A stretch of DNA of 64,000 nucleotides from Pelagomonas calceolata (GCA_918797485.1 CAKKNE010000003.1:2790001-2854000), one strand, 5' to 3'; positions 20,113-31,122 are shown, numbered from the stretch's first letter. Made by a program: numbers and translations. The notes: a model not told the origin generated them from the sequence alone.

Positions 20113-22296
20113 TTAAAACACGCCTCCCCCGCCCATCCCTCCGAAGCCCGCCGCGCCGCCGCCGGCGAAGGGCTCCGGCGGCCCTCCAGGCGGCGGCTGG
20201 GGCGGCCTATTGACAGGCCCAAACGCCGGGCCGTTCGTCAAGAGGAGCGGCGGCGTCGCCGGCCGCGTTTCATTCAAGGCCGCCTCGTTGTCGCGGTCCA
20301 CAAAGCCCCGCAAATCCGCGCTCCACTCACCTTCAGATAAATCCTCGTCGTCGTCGCGCGCGTAGAAGAGCAAGTAGGGCGACCTATTGATGCGGTGCTC
20401 CAAAGGCTCCTTCTCGTCGCAGTCCTCGACCGATTCATCGTCGAACTTCCGCCACCGACCTTCTGCGGACGACGAGTCGCGGCAGTACGCGTAGTAGTGG
20501 CCGTGGTGCGGACTACTCCCAGAATGGACGACGACCGCATACAACTTGTACTCCGTATCTACTAAATGCAACGCGAGGGGGCAGTCGACCTTCGTGGACA
20601 CTTTCCGTCTCGTTTGACTAGAAGCGTCGTACTGAAAGCAAGCGAGGTTGATGATCAGATGTCTAGGTGCTTGCGCTATTCTAGAGGTCCGATGAGCTTC
20701 TTCTACTTTCTGAGAACAAATCTCGCACTCGTAGGCGTCCTCTCCACTTAGTGTTTCGGACGCTAGATACTGGTCCCGGATCAAGTGGTATAACGGAGAC
20801 GGCTTCTGCAACGTGTTCAGCACGGGCTGGGTCTCGTTCTTCCTCAGAATACGATCGTCCGGTACAGAAACGGTCAAAAGACCATTCAACTCCGTAGAAG
20901 AGCTGCTCTGGTTGTGACATCGTTGGCACGTTATTAATGTTTCCAACTGCCCCCCAAAGACATTATCCAATGAAGCTTTCGAAACGGAATTCTCCTCGGT
21001 CTCGAGGGCGTCGAGGACGTAGTGCAGGAACTCCGCGGCATCCTGTTGACCGTAGGAACAGAAGGGCTCCGCTAATCTTTTGCGGAACTGTTCCGGTCGT
21101 ATATATGATCTAGTAGATCCTGACAACAACGCGGCGAGCTTCCGCAGTTCGGACGAGACGGGCGCCTCGGCGTCCATTTTTGCCTCTTGGAGTAGCAGTC
21201 TTCGCAGCGGCGCCGTCGCGTGCAGCGCCCGACAGACCGCATTCGCGTAGCAGGAATTCCCCAGATTGGCGAGGCCCGGCGGCTGCTTCCTCTTTTCTAC
21301 GGGTGGCGCCGTCTTCGTGACCGAAGCGCGTTCCAGCGCCGCCCTATCCGCCGCAGCGTTCGGTCCTAGAGTCCTTAGCCAGGCGCCGCGCATCTGCGGC
21401 TTCTTCACGAGTAGATAGCGCAAACACGCGTCTACTCTAGCTGTCTCTTCACCAGACGTCGACCGGTCCCTCAATACATTTGATAACACTTCTGCAGCAG
21501 AAATGCACGGCTCCCTAGAACATTCAATCAACCGCTCGGCAACATTCAAATTCGCATGCGTGGCGGCGTAGTGCCGCGCGGCTCCTAATGCTATACCTTC
21601 AGTTCTCACGCAAAAGGCTGCTAATCCGATCGCGCCGTTGCGACCGAGGCACCAGCCCGCTTTTTCTAATTGTTGTGTAGGGACGTCGTCGAGCCACGCC
21701 AAGAAGTTCTCGGGAGGCGCGCCCGCGGAGTCCTTCGTGAGCGACTCGAGCGCGTCGACCAGCACGCCCGACGGTGATTCCGCCTTGCAGAGCCGTTGGA
21801 GGCCGCACGCGACGACCGCCGTCTTGTCCTGTATTCGGTCTCCTAGTAACGCCAGGACCTGCTTTCTCAATAAATCAGACTCGCGCGGGTCGGCGAGCAC
21901 TTCGACGGCCGCCGTACTTATTGTGGTCGCGTCGATTTGGGAGGAGGGCCAATCAGCAGGAAGCAGCTTCTGGAGTAGAGCGACGCCGGCGACGGCGTGG
22001 CTTCTTTCTCCTACACAGGTGAGGCAGACGCGTCCTATGTTATCACTTGTCGTGAGGCGTTGCCGACACAAAGCGAGTAATGAAAAGCCCGCGTCGCGGC
22101 GGTGGTCTCCGATCAAGTCGAGGGCGACCTTCAAAGCTGTTGTGGCTTGCGCTTCGGTCCAGGTCTTCGCGGCGTCCGGCAGCGTGTCGGGCGTCGTTAG
22201 AGCCGCCATTCTTAGCATCCCTTCCATGACGTCCGGTAAGACCAAATCGGTAGGCCCGGCCTCGTCGTCGACGTCCATTGGTGTGGGGTCGGCCAT
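20113..22296 (-). CDS. Ubiquitin-specific protease (peptidase C19, USP35/38-like)
   Basis: GLANLGNSCYAN Cys box, QQDAAEF, HSGSSPHHGHYYAY His box, FDD, YLLFY. Confidence 0.92.
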   Translation of the reverse strand: MADPTPMDVDDEAGPTDLVLPDVMEGMLRMAALTTPDTLPDAAKTWTEAQATTALKVALDLIGDHRRDAGFSLLALCRQRLTTSDNIGRVCLTCVGERSHAVAGVALLQKLLPADWPSSQIDATTISTAAVEVLADPRESDLLRKQVLALLGDRIQDKTAVVACGLQRLCKAESPSGVLVDALESLTKDSAGAPPENFLAWLDDVPTQQLEKAGWCLGRNGAIGLAAFCVRTEGIALGAARHYAATHANLNVAERLIECSREPCISAAEVLSNVLRDRSTSGEETARVDACLRYLLVKKPQMRGAWLRTLGPNAAADRAALERASVTKTAPPVEKRKQPPGLANLGNSCYANAVCRALHATAPLRRLLLQEAKMDAEAPVSSELRKLAALLSGSTRSYIRPEQFRKRLAEPFCSYGQQDAAEFLHYVLDALETEENSVSKASLDNVFGGQLETLITCQRCHNQSSSSTELNGLLTVSVPDDRILRKNETQPVLNTLQKPSPLYHLIRDQYLASETLSGEDAYECEICSQKVEEAHRTSRIAQAPRHLIINLACFQYDASSQTRRKVSTKVDCPLALHLVDTEYKLYAVVVHSGSSPHHGHYYAYCRDSSSAEGRWRKFDDESVEDCDEKEPLEHRINRSPYLLFYARDDDEDLSEGEWSADLRGFVDRDNEAALNETRPATPPLLLTNGPAFGPVNRPPQPPPGGPPEPFAGGGAAGFGGMGGGGVF

Positions 22297-22491
22297 TTTT
22301 CGTTGTCGCGCTGTGACCTTCCGGCGAGAGGCCTCTTTTGTATAAGTTGGTGCGCCGCGGGCCGCGGCGCTCACGGGGCTGAGCTGAGGCTTTCAGTAGG
22401 CTGCTGGGGAGCCAGTGCGCGTCCGTCAGCGTTCAGGCAAGTCGATTCTCGTGTACACAACGCGCTGAGACTCGGGTCAGCTATCTGATCA

Positions 22492-22512
22492 AGCTAGCGG
22501 TAAGACACTAGC
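22492..22512. promoter_or_regulatory. CTAG-box intergenic motif
   Basis: agctagcggtaagacactagc. Confidence 0.72.
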
Positions 22513-22732
22513 GAGCAGCCAAAAAAGCTCAGAATCGCTGCACGCGCAGCACAAACGTCCCCACTGCACGCAGACACGCGCAGATCTTTCCTATTGCAAG
22601 CTTACTACAGCCAAACTTCGTTGCGGCCCCAAAAAACGCGCGCCAAAGGCCCTCTCCCATAGGCTGCTACCACAAGGCAAACACAGCGCGACGCACGCCG
22701 GACGCCGTCGACACGCTCCTACAAAAGCTACC

Positions 22733-24007
22733 ATGACGCTCCTCGACCACGCCCGAGCCCAGGAGCGCGACGACGCCGCGGCTTCACACGAGAAGGACGC
22801 CAAGCACGGCCTCCTCGTCCAGAAGAAACCTCCACAATACCCGCAGGACGGCCTCAAATTCGCGATCGCGGGCACGGGCGCCATGGGCCTGGAACACATC
22901 CGCAACATTTCGCTGTTGAGAGAACGAGGGTCCACAATAGTAGCCGTGGCGGACTCCGATCAGCGCGCCAGAAAGGAAGCCAGAGCTGAATTAGATAAGT
23001 GGGGCTTTCCACAAGCGAAAGTCATGTCGGATTGGCACTCTTTGTTCGACTGCGGCTGCGACGCGTTCATCGTCGCCACGCCCAACTATCAGCACCATGA
23101 ACTACTAGTAGAACTACTACCTCTCGCGAAAATGCACGTGCTGTGCGAGAAGCCCCTCTGTACGACCATCCAGGACTGTCTGGATGTGGAAGCACTCGTC
23201 AAAGAACACTATGCACAGAGTGACTATATGTTCATGGTCGGCATGGAGTACCGGTGGATGCCTCCGATTGCCAAATTAGTAGAAACGGTCGATAGTAACG
23301 TATTAGGTACGACGAAGATGGTCGCTATTAGGGAACACCGCTTCCCCTTCCTCCACAAGGTCGCGTACTGGAATAGATTTAATAAGTGGACCGGAGGTAC
23401 ATTAGTTGAAAAAGCCTGCCACTTTTTTGATTTGATGCGGCGGATTGTGGCACACGACGGATCGTGTGATGCGGTCTCGGTCTACGCGTGTGGGGGCGGC
23501 GGCGTGAACCATCGCGACGAGGACTACGACGGCAAGCAGCCGGACATCCTGGACTTCGCCCACGTCATTGTATCGTTCTCCAATGGCTGTTCGGCATCAT
23601 TAGACCTGTGCATGTTCGCCGAAGACATGCAGACGGAGTATGTGGGAGTGGTAGGTACCAAAGGTAAAGTCGAAGCAAGGTGCCCGGAGTGCCAGTTCCG
23701 CTTGACGACGCGATCGGCGAAGTCCATCGCGCCGGGCCGGACGCCGCCCTTGGAAGCTGAGAGGAACAAGCCCATTGTTAGTCATATCCACCCGGACGCG
23801 AAGATCAAGGAGGCCGGCTTTCACGAGGGCGCGACGTTTTTTGAATTGTCGGCCTTTGTGGAAGCTGCGGTCGGTAGTAAGGTGCCACCCGTGTCCGTGC
23901 GCGACGGTTTGATGGCCGTGGCTCTGGGCGTGGCGGCTCATAGATCTTTGGACGAGAAGCGGTGCGTTTTGATTTCCGACGTCCTGCCGGGCTACGCGCC
24001 GCCCTAG
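22733..24007 (+). CDS. Gfo/Idh/MocA oxidoreductase (myo-inositol 2-dehydrogenase-like)
   Basis: GTGAMG, ATPNYQH, HVLCEKP, GGTLVEKACHFFDL. Confidence 0.9.
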   Translation: MTLLDHARAQERDDAAASHEKDAKHGLLVQKKPPQYPQDGLKFAIAGTGAMGLEHIRNISLLRERGSTIVAVADSDQRARKEARAELDKWGFPQAKVMSDWHSLFDCGCDAFIVATPNYQHHELLVELLPLAKMHVLCEKPLCTTIQDCLDVEALVKEHYAQSDYMFMVGMEYRWMPPIAKLVETVDSNVLGTTKMVAIREHRFPFLHKVAYWNRFNKWTGGTLVEKACHFFDLMRRIVAHDGSCDAVSVYACGGGGVNHRDEDYDGKQPDILDFAHVIVSFSNGCSASLDLCMFAEDMQTEYVGVVGTKGKVEARCPECQFRLTTRSAKSIAPGRTPPLEAERNKPIVSHIHPDAKIKEAGFHEGATFFELSAFVEAAVGSKVPPVSVRDGLMAVALGVAAHRSLDEKRCVLISDVLPGYAPP

Positions 24008-24064
24008 TAGGCTAAGTATCATCGTACGTTTACGGAGGGGAAAGGGGCAAAAAGAGGGGCTCAT

Positions 24065-25399
24065 TCACTCGGGCGACACGAGCGCGTAGTGAGGCACCGG
24101 CGTCGCCGGCTTCTTCGCCGGCTTCTGGGGCGACGCGGCCCAGTGGTTCCGCAAGGCCTGTCTCAGGCGCCGTTCAACGGGCGTGTTCCCCAGGGCCTTC
24201 CTTTGAGGACAGGAAGCGAGGTGCGCGTTGAGCTTCGAAACATGAGAAGGTTGCCCGCAGTAGCAGCAGAAGACGCGCGGCTGCTGGGGCGGCGGCGACT
24301 CCCCGAAGTTGGCTTCAGATAGAGGCGTCCGTCGCGGCGTGCCCAGGCGGCGGGGCTTTGGTAAATCGTGGGGCGTCACGGCCGTCGACGGCTTGCGCAC
24401 CTGTTGCGGCGTTTCCTCTGATGGAGGGGGTCGCTGGGCCCGCGCGGCGAAGCGCGCTCGCAACGACTGCAGGTCCTTCTTGGGCTCCGGTTGAGGCGGC
24501 GTGCGCACAGGCATTGGTGAAGGAGGCGCGGCCCGCGCCTGGGGCTCCTCCCGGACGGGCGTGCGCACGGCCGGCGCGGCCTCCTGGGGCGGCGGCGTCC
24601 GGGGCCGCTCGGGTGTTGATGGAGGCGGCGTCGCCGGCGCCACTTTACACGCCGGCGAGAACACGCGTTCTGGCGTCGAGGTAGTCGCTTCACGTAAAGC
24701 AGCGGCCAAATCCGGGAACGGCGACGCCGTGCGGGGCGGCGTGCGCGGTATGGAACGCGCCTTTTGGGCCATGGAGGCGGCCTGTTGGGCGGCTTGCGTG
24801 CACCGCTCGATGTCGACGCTTCGCTCGATCGTTCTGTCGCGCGGGGCCACGATTCTACTGATACCATCTCGCTCCACCGTCACGGCACCCCTCGGTAGCT
24901 CCCAGGCCACTCTCCTAATTCTCCGGTTGTAGTAGTACGTGTCGCCGTCCTCGTCCTCCGCGCTTCGCCATTCATCTAACGCCCTCACACTTTGTTTGTT
25001 GGGCGGCACGTTCTCCTTGTCGTCAAACAACTTCTTCGAGACGTCGTCATCTAAGGTCGACAGCGGCCGGTTGTAGGCCGTTCTTACGGGCGTGTTCCTT
25101 TCTGATTTTGCGGGTGTATGGACTCGGGGCTCGCTCATGACCGGTGACGGGGATCTGGGAGGCCGCGCTAATGATAATCCGGAGATGGACCGCTCCAAAG
25201 CTCTCTCATCTTCTTCGGACGATCGCAACGGCGTCGCCGGCGCTCTACTGCTTCGGAACTGCGACGCGAGCGCCTCGAACACCGCCTCGTCGTCGGTCGA
25301 CTCCCTAGAATCGTCGTGGAAGGCGGAGGGAGGCGGCGTGCAGGCGTCGTGCTGGCTCGGCAGGGTCTCCTCCAAACAGTCCTGCTCGACGTCGGTCAT
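24065..25399 (-). CDS. Pro-rich WW-domain protein with a C-terminal C2HC zinc finger
   Basis: EWRSAEDEDGDTYYYNRRIRRVAWELP; FCCYCG..H..C. Confidence 0.75.
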   Translation of the reverse strand: MTDVEQDCLEETLPSQHDACTPPPSAFHDDSRESTDDEAVFEALASQFRSSRAPATPLRSSEEDERALERSISGLSLARPPRSPSPVMSEPRVHTPAKSERNTPVRTAYNRPLSTLDDDVSKKLFDDKENVPPNKQSVRALDEWRSAEDEDGDTYYYNRRIRRVAWELPRGAVTVERDGISRIVAPRDRTIERSVDIERCTQAAQQAASMAQKARSIPRTPPRTASPFPDLAAALREATTSTPERVFSPACKVAPATPPPSTPERPRTPPPQEAAPAVRTPVREEPQARAAPPSPMPVRTPPQPEPKKDLQSLRARFAARAQRPPPSEETPQQVRKPSTAVTPHDLPKPRRLGTPRRTPLSEANFGESPPPQQPRVFCCYCGQPSHVSKLNAHLASCPQRKALGNTPVERRLRQALRNHWAASPQKPAKKPATPVPHYALVSPE

Positions 25400-25818
25400 T
25401 TTGAGCGCTGTGGTATTTTTGTTGTGTCGCTTGTACGGCGTCCACGGGCCGCGGTTCGCGCCGCGCTGCTGGCTGCAGTGCAGGGATACGGTGAGGTCAC
25501 TGCTGAAGACGCGCAGCAGTCAAACGTAGTCCGAGGCTCGTGTATGAGCTCAGGTCAATTCAATTCATCTCTGAACTGATTTTTGAGTGCGGGTGCAGTT
25601 TAAATTTCAGCTGTACGAAATCGACCACAGACGCCACGAAGAGAGTCGTCGGCCCAACATAGCCGCTGATAGGGCTCCTGCGGCAGAGCCCGCACCTCCA
25701 GAGGAGCGCCTGCAGGCTGCCCGGCTTGGCAGGACGCCGGCTGCCCAGACGCCATCGCCGCGACGCCTCGGCGTTCCGACCATACCATCACTGCGGCAGC
25801 AGGCCAGCGGCATATATC

Positions 25819-27668
25819 ATGTCTCGCGAGGGCAGCCCAACACGAGATGTAGTGGAGGGCGGCCGCGCGACGACCCCATCCTCAGGCCTGCGGGGCTCCA
25901 TGGACAGCCTCTTCTCGAAGGCGTCTTCTTCAATTCAGAGCGCGGCGCAGTCGGCCGCGCAAGCCGTCCAGGACACCGCGCAAAGCGTGGCCCGGAGCCC
26001 GGCGCGGCGGCGCCCGACACGAGAGGAAAACGCGACGAAGACCCCGCCGCCCTTCTTCAAGACGGCAGCCGCAGCTAGGAGAGCCGGCGTCTTTCCGTCC
26101 CAACCGAACAATGCGAGAACCGTGAACTCGAAGGAGTTCTGGGAGGAGCCTTATGATTATACGAAGGGCGCCAAGTTTATTGGTCCTGCCATAAATGACG
26201 GCGGTGCCAAACCCGAACGCAAGGACCAGAGAGGCTTGTATGTCAGGGTGAGGCTGAAGGGCGGCGAGCCCCCTGCGGATGGCTTCACGAGTCCGCCACC
26301 GCCTCCAGTGCCCACCGAGGTGAATAAGGAGGGCAAGCAAGTGCCCCGGACGAAGTTTTCGAAGGAGGAGTGGGATTTATCGCAACAAGAGTTGGATGAG
26401 CGGCTCGAAGCGATGGGCTTCGAACCCACTTATCACGCTCGTATAAGGAAAGCTCAGCGGGAAGAAGCGAAGCATACCAAATGGGAGGTGGACCATGGGC
26501 CTCGACAGGCGCAGTGGGCCGACTACCTGCGGGAGCACCCGAATCCTTTCAAAGATAGGCCTGACTTGTTCCCGACGCATCTCGGGCGGCCGCGGCATGA
26601 TCCTCTCGGTGGGGAGCCGTCCATGTTCGAGCATTTGTTCAAGAACAAGGATGGTACTGATAAGCGGCCGTTCACGATCGTTCATGAAGACGAATTTCAA
26701 CGAATCGTGGAGCAGAACGCGCGTGAGGAAGAAAACTGGGAGCCCAAGGAGCCGGAACCGGGCTGGGAGGTCACGGAGCATCCCTCCGTGGCCGAGGAGG
26801 CTAGGATCGCCGCGGAGGACGCGCAAGCGGCTCTCGAAGGCCGAAAACTGGACTTCGGCAACAACCCGTGTGGAAATCTTCGCGTCGACCTCCACGCCAT
26901 CGACGCGACGCCTGCTCGATGGCGTGACGATGCCGGTTCCTCACCGTTCGATGGGGCCAGCACGGCCGCGTCGTCGCCGAGAAATGACTTAGTGAAGAAT
27001 CATCGGCATCCGACTCACTGGTTGATTTACGCACAGGCAACGACTTCGGGAAACCAGGCAAGGTCTACCCCAAGTTCAAGTGGCCCTCGGAGGAACTCTA
27101 CCCCGACCAAGCGCCGAGTGGTGAGGATATCGACGCCTCGTCCGACGTCGACGCCTCGTCCGACGTCGACGCCGCGTCTGATGACGAGGACGACGCGCCG
27201 GGCCCCATCGAAGACTGGTTAAATGAAAATGTACCTGCGGTGATGGAGGCCGCGCGGAAGAATGGTGGCGACCCGGAACGACTGAAGGAGATCCATATCC
27301 TATACAAAAAAATGATGGTGGCGCACTGGGAGGTGTTTGCCAATGACCTCGGGCCGCGGCGCGATCGCTTCGTGCGGGCGTGGCCTGGTAGAAACCAGGA
27401 GCAGATGTGGCAGGTCGTCTGGGACCTATTTTGTGGCGTCCACGAGATCGAGCGGTTCGTGAAGATCTGTCGCGAGTACGCGATGCAGGAGACGGACGAT
27501 GAATACGCCAAAAGGACGGCCAAGGGCGAGATGCACTGGTCGCACCCCATGTGGAAGCCGCCCTCCGAGCGGCGGCGGAACGCGATCGCGTTCGTGCCCG
27601 GCGAGGATGGCGAGGCGCCGCCGTCGACGGCGCGGTCGGACTCGACGGCGAGCGTGGATAACTGGTAG
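25819..27668 (+). CDS. Uncharacterised protein, 2 exons (25819-26857, 27037-27668)
   Basis: Removing the introner intron 26858-27036 joins LDFG|NDFGKPG in frame to ORF 27240-27668. Confidence 0.72.
26866..27036 (+). mobile_element. Introner element (non-autonomous TIR DNA transposon forming a GC-AG intron 26858-27036)
   Basis: TIRs ccgtgtggaaatc / gatttacgcacag; 8-bp TSD gcaacaac / gcaacgac. Confidence 0.85.
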
Positions 27669-27681
27669 TATTGTGTTACTG

Positions 27682-28338
27682 TTACAACTTAAACGCGCCC
27701 GCCCACGGGTCTTTTTTGGGAGCCGCCGCCTCTTCCTTCCCGGAGGGCGGCGGCTGCCTTCGCAATTCCTCGGCGAGCGCCGCGCTGCCCCGCGCGTCGC
27801 AGGCGAGAATTGCGGCGGATAGGCGCGCCCGATGCGTCACGATGGGCTCGCCGCGGCCCAATGCGGTCAGGTCGGGAAATTCGATTTCCGCGAACCCGAA
27901 GCGCTCGAAGGCGTCGGACGTGTACAACGTCGCCGAGGCGCCGAGACTCTCGAACTCGTCGTCTCCCAAGTTCTCGAGCCAGCATTCTAACAACTTTTCT
28001 ATGCATGCGTCCATCGACGCGCCGCAGCGGTCGACCTGCTCCTTGGCGATCGAGGACCGCAGCACATCAATGACCGGGTTCGGTCCTGGACGGAGGCGGC
28101 CGCAGGCCGCGGGTGCTCCTACGACTATAGATGGTTCACTGGTTGCGGCGGCCATGGCGGACGTCAAGTCCAATGATGGTGCCGCGTTCTCAGTAACCTT
28201 GACCCACACGTCGCCGTCCACTGGTTCTGATGGGCTCGCGAGCTCGGATACTTCGTCGTAGGTGCAACGTGTTGCTGTGAAAGCTGGGCCGCCGAGCAGT
28301 GCGGCTGCAATGTTTGGTAATAGGAGTGCACGGAGCAT
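27682..28338 (-). CDS. Uncharacterised protein with a signal/plastid leader
   Basis: MLRALLLPNIAAA-L leader; 218-aa ORF. Confidence 0.65.
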   Translation of the reverse strand: MLRALLLPNIAAALLGGPAFTATRCTYDEVSELASPSEPVDGDVWVKVTENAAPSLDLTSAMAAATSEPSIVVGAPAACGRLRPGPNPVIDVLRSSIAKEQVDRCGASMDACIEKLLECWLENLGDDEFESLGASATLYTSDAFERFGFAEIEFPDLTALGRGEPIVTHRARLSAAILACDARGSAALAEELRRQPPPSGKEEAAAPKKDPWAGAFKL

Positions 28339-28440
28339 ATCGATGCGTTACGGCTCTGTTGATGAGCGATGCCGTCTACTGCTGTGGCCGAGCACCGAAA
28401 GCGATCGATTTTGGGCCTGCAATCGAAAGCTGCACAGACT

Positions 28441-28466
28441 AGCTAGCGTGCAAAGACACACTTAGC
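28441..28466. promoter_or_regulatory. CTAG-box intergenic motif (variant)
   Basis: agctagcgtgcaaagacacacttagc. Confidence 0.55.
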
Positions 28467-28549
28467 GAGATCAGCAAACGTCATCAACGCACCGGCAAAC
28501 GCTAGTTATCCAACAAACACTGCCTGACCGCAGCCGCAGCACTCGTCGG

Positions 28550-28698
28550 GACGCTATCGACGCGTGACGCGTGCAACTCGATATACTGCCGTGCTAACAA
28601 AGCCTCTCTGAGAGCACTGCACTACAACTCGCAGCGACGCTATCGAGGCGTGACGCTTGCACTCAGCGCTTCACACTGAGAACACTGCCACTACAACT
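28550..28698. repeat. Degenerate tandem duplication (~86-nt period) upstream of the zinc-finger gene
   Basis: gacgctatcga(c/g)gcgtgacgc...ctgaga(g/a)cactgc..actacaact at 28550 and 28636. Confidence 0.75.
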
Positions 28699-28714
28699 AA
28701 GCAACTTCACAACA

Positions 28715-29177
28715 ATGGGAAAGGGCTCCAACGTCGCCAAGGCGAACGCCGCGCGCGCGCGCAACGCCAAGGAGCAGGGCAAGAGCAAGGAAGAACGAGA
28801 AGCGTCCAAAGCGAAAGCCGAGAAGGACCGCAACGCCAAGAAGTGCCTCGTCTGCCTGCAGACCTTCATGATCTCGTCGAAGGACAAGCTTTTGTACGAC
28901 CACGTCGTCGCGAAGCACGATAAATTGATCAAAGAGCCGGAGAAGTGCTTCCCGCACCTCAAGGGTTTTGATCCCAACGCGCCCGAGCCGACGGGCATCG
29001 CCGTGGCCCAGGCCGCGGCGAAGAAGAAGGTCAAGAAGGTACGACTCCGGCGTCTTCGACTCGACCCCCGCGCGCCGCCGGCGCGACTCACCGCTTTGTA
29101 TCCCCACGCAGAAGAAGGAAGAAGATTTGTCCGATTTGCTGGCCGCGGGCCTGAACGTGGGTAAGAAGAAGAAGTAG
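28715..29177 (+). CDS. ZNF706/At2g23090-like small zinc-finger protein; intron 29039-29111
   Basis: MGKGSNVAKANAARARN..KCLVCLQTF..H...KH..CFP; GT..CAG intron joins KKKVKK|KKEEDLSDLL. Confidence 0.8.
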
Positions 29178-29190
29178 TCTAGCACATACT

Positions 29191-31122
29191 TTACTTGCCG
29201 CCGTCCAACCCGTCGAGGAACGACTCGAAGTCGTCGACGTCGAAGGCCGCGTCCGCGGGCGCCGGCGCGGCCGCGGAAGCCGGCGCATCCCCCAGAACCT
29301 CCTCGAGGTCGGCGAGGATGTCCGTCGTGTCGCGCCGGCCGGGGCTCGGCGGCCGCGGCGGCGCCGGTGCCGGCGGCGGCGCGGCGGCCGACGCGAAGGC
29401 GCCGAACGGGTCCTTCGACGGCGTCATCGTTGCAGGCGCGGGCGCCGGCGGTGCTGGCGGCGGCGCGGGCGGCGGCGCAGCGGGCGCGGGCGCCGCGGCC
29501 GGCGCGGACTCAAAAGAAGCAAACTCTTCAACAGGCGGCGTCGACGCGAACGCAGCGAAGTCGTCGCTCATCGGCGGCGCGTCCGCGAGCTGTTGCAGTT
29601 CCAGCAGCGACGGCGCCGGGTCTCCCGAACCAAATAAAGCGTCCGCGTCGGCGAGCTGCCGGACTAGATCATCAGTGTCCAGCAAGTCCGGCGTCGTCTG
29701 CGTTTTTGGTTTTTCAGACGGAGTCTCCTCGCCAATAGCAAACACTGGACCTTCTTGCTTTTTGGTCCGAGGTGATGGTGCTCTCCTCAGAGGTTCAGGC
29801 GCCGCCGCGGCCGCCTCGGCAGCTCGAGCGTTCGCCGTCCGCGCGGGCCGCGACGCCCGTCGTTGCTGCGCGCGTCTCTTCCGATCCTCGACGTCCTTCC
29901 AGAAGGCCGAGTCCTTGGCCAACAAGGCGTCGTACGCCGCCGAGAAGCCTCCTTCCTCATTCGACACTCCTGTCTCGAGGGCTTGAGCACTGCCGCTACA
30001 CGCCTCAAAAATTAAGTCGACAAAAAAGTCCCCATCGAAGCGGTCGTCGCCGCACGCGCCGTCGAGCTGGTCCCTCGTTAATCTCAAAACACCTGTAGGT
30101 GCGAAACCGACGTGTAGGGCCGCCCTAAACATGGAGGTCCTTCGCTCTCGATCGTCGACGTGTCTGCATCGTACTAACAAGTCGCCGTGCACCACACAAT
30201 CCACAGGGAAGACCAACGAACCCTCAGAGGGTGCCGCCCACGATTTGTCATCTTGCGAGCCTTCCCACCTGGCTGTGTGTGCTAGCTTACCGCTCCGGAA
30301 GAATTGCAGGTACGGTCGACACCCAGGTTTGTCTTGACTGCCAAAATTGGGTATGGTGTGCATGATGCACCTTCTCAAGAGTAGGGGTTCGCCGCGCGGC
30401 GCACACCCATCCAACACGTTCGCGAAATAGCCGACGTATCTCCTCTGCGAAGGTATGGTTAATCTCTCCACATCATCCTTCCTGCGCTCAGCGACATGCC
30501 TCAGCGCCACGACGGGGTTCGCCTCGAATTCTCCCAACCAAGCGAGAGCGCAAGCTACTACGACAGAAGTTCTACCCCTACCAGTGAGACAGTGGACCGC
30601 AACCACGTTCTCGTGGTCCGCGTCCAGCCACGACTCTAGCGTCGTACATATCTTCACCAACATGCCCAGCGGCGGCGCGGGATGCCCCGGGAACTTGAAC
30701 TCGAGGACATTATCTTCAAACCGTCGGTAGTCGTAGGTTTCTTCGCTCACATTAAGAACCATGAAGTGGCCGTCATGATAAGTCTTCAGGTGTTTCGCGA
30801 CGGCTGTGATAGGATTAGCACAAGCTCTGGCTGCGGCGCTACCAGGAGCGCCTCGGCGAGACGCGGGAAAGCCCATCGTTACGAAACGGTCCGTGACGTA
30901 CGTCAAGTCGATGATCTTTGATTGGTCGGGACCCGGGGCCTCATCGATAAACTCATCTAGCGTTCTTCCAACCTTCTCGGCGAACTGCTGCATCATTTGC
31001 TTGTTACCCTCGGTGTCTTCGAGGCGCTCCTTCGCCTGTTCGGCCAGCTTCGTCGCTGTAGCTTTGGCCTTCGTTGTGGCGTCCTTGGCCATCCTTGACA
31101 AGGCGGCGAAGTCCATGTTCAT
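29191..31122 (-). CDS. PTEN/tensin-type phosphatase + C2 domain protein with a Pro/Ala-rich tail
   Basis: DLTYVTDRFVTMGFP, FPGHPAP, VHCLTGRGRT, IPSQRRYVGYF, C2 GDLLVRCRH. Confidence 0.88.
   Translation of the reverse strand: MNMDFAALSRMAKDATTKAKATATKLAEQAKERLEDTEGNKQMMQQFAEKVGRTLDEFIDEAPGPDQSKIIDLTYVTDRFVTMGFPASRRGAPGSAAARACANPITAVAKHLKTYHDGHFMVLNVSEETYDYRRFEDNVLEFKFPGHPAPPLGMLVKICTTLESWLDADHENVVAVHCLTGRGRTSVVVACALAWLGEFEANPVVALRHVAERRKDDVERLTIPSQRRYVGYFANVLDGCAPRGEPLLLRRCIMHTIPNFGSQDKPGCRPYLQFFRSGKLAHTARWEGSQDDKSWAAPSEGSLVFPVDCVVHGDLLVRCRHVDDRERRTSMFRAALHVGFAPTGVLRLTRDQLDGACGDDRFDGDFFVDLIFEACSGSAQALETGVSNEEGGFSAAYDALLAKDSAFWKDVEDRKRRAQQRRASRPARTANARAAEAAAAAPEPLRRAPSPRTKKQEGPVFAIGEETPSEKPKTQTTPDLLDTDDLVRQLADADALFGSGDPAPSLLELQQLADAPPMSDDFAAFASTPPVEEFASFESAPAAAPAPAAPPPAPPPAPPAPAPATMTPSKDPFGAFASAAAPPPAPAPPRPPSPGRRDTTDILADLEEVLGDAPASAAAPAPADAAFDVDDFESFLDGLDGGK

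Noticed and set aside
27131..27178. 18-nt tandem repeat encoding DASSDV
   Set aside because: Ordinary slippage in a low-complexity acidic linker
26858..27222. Apparent frameshifts/pseudogenes at about 27.0, 29.1, 41.4, 54.8 and 59.9 kb
   Set aside because: Each is resolved by an intron that restores the reading frame
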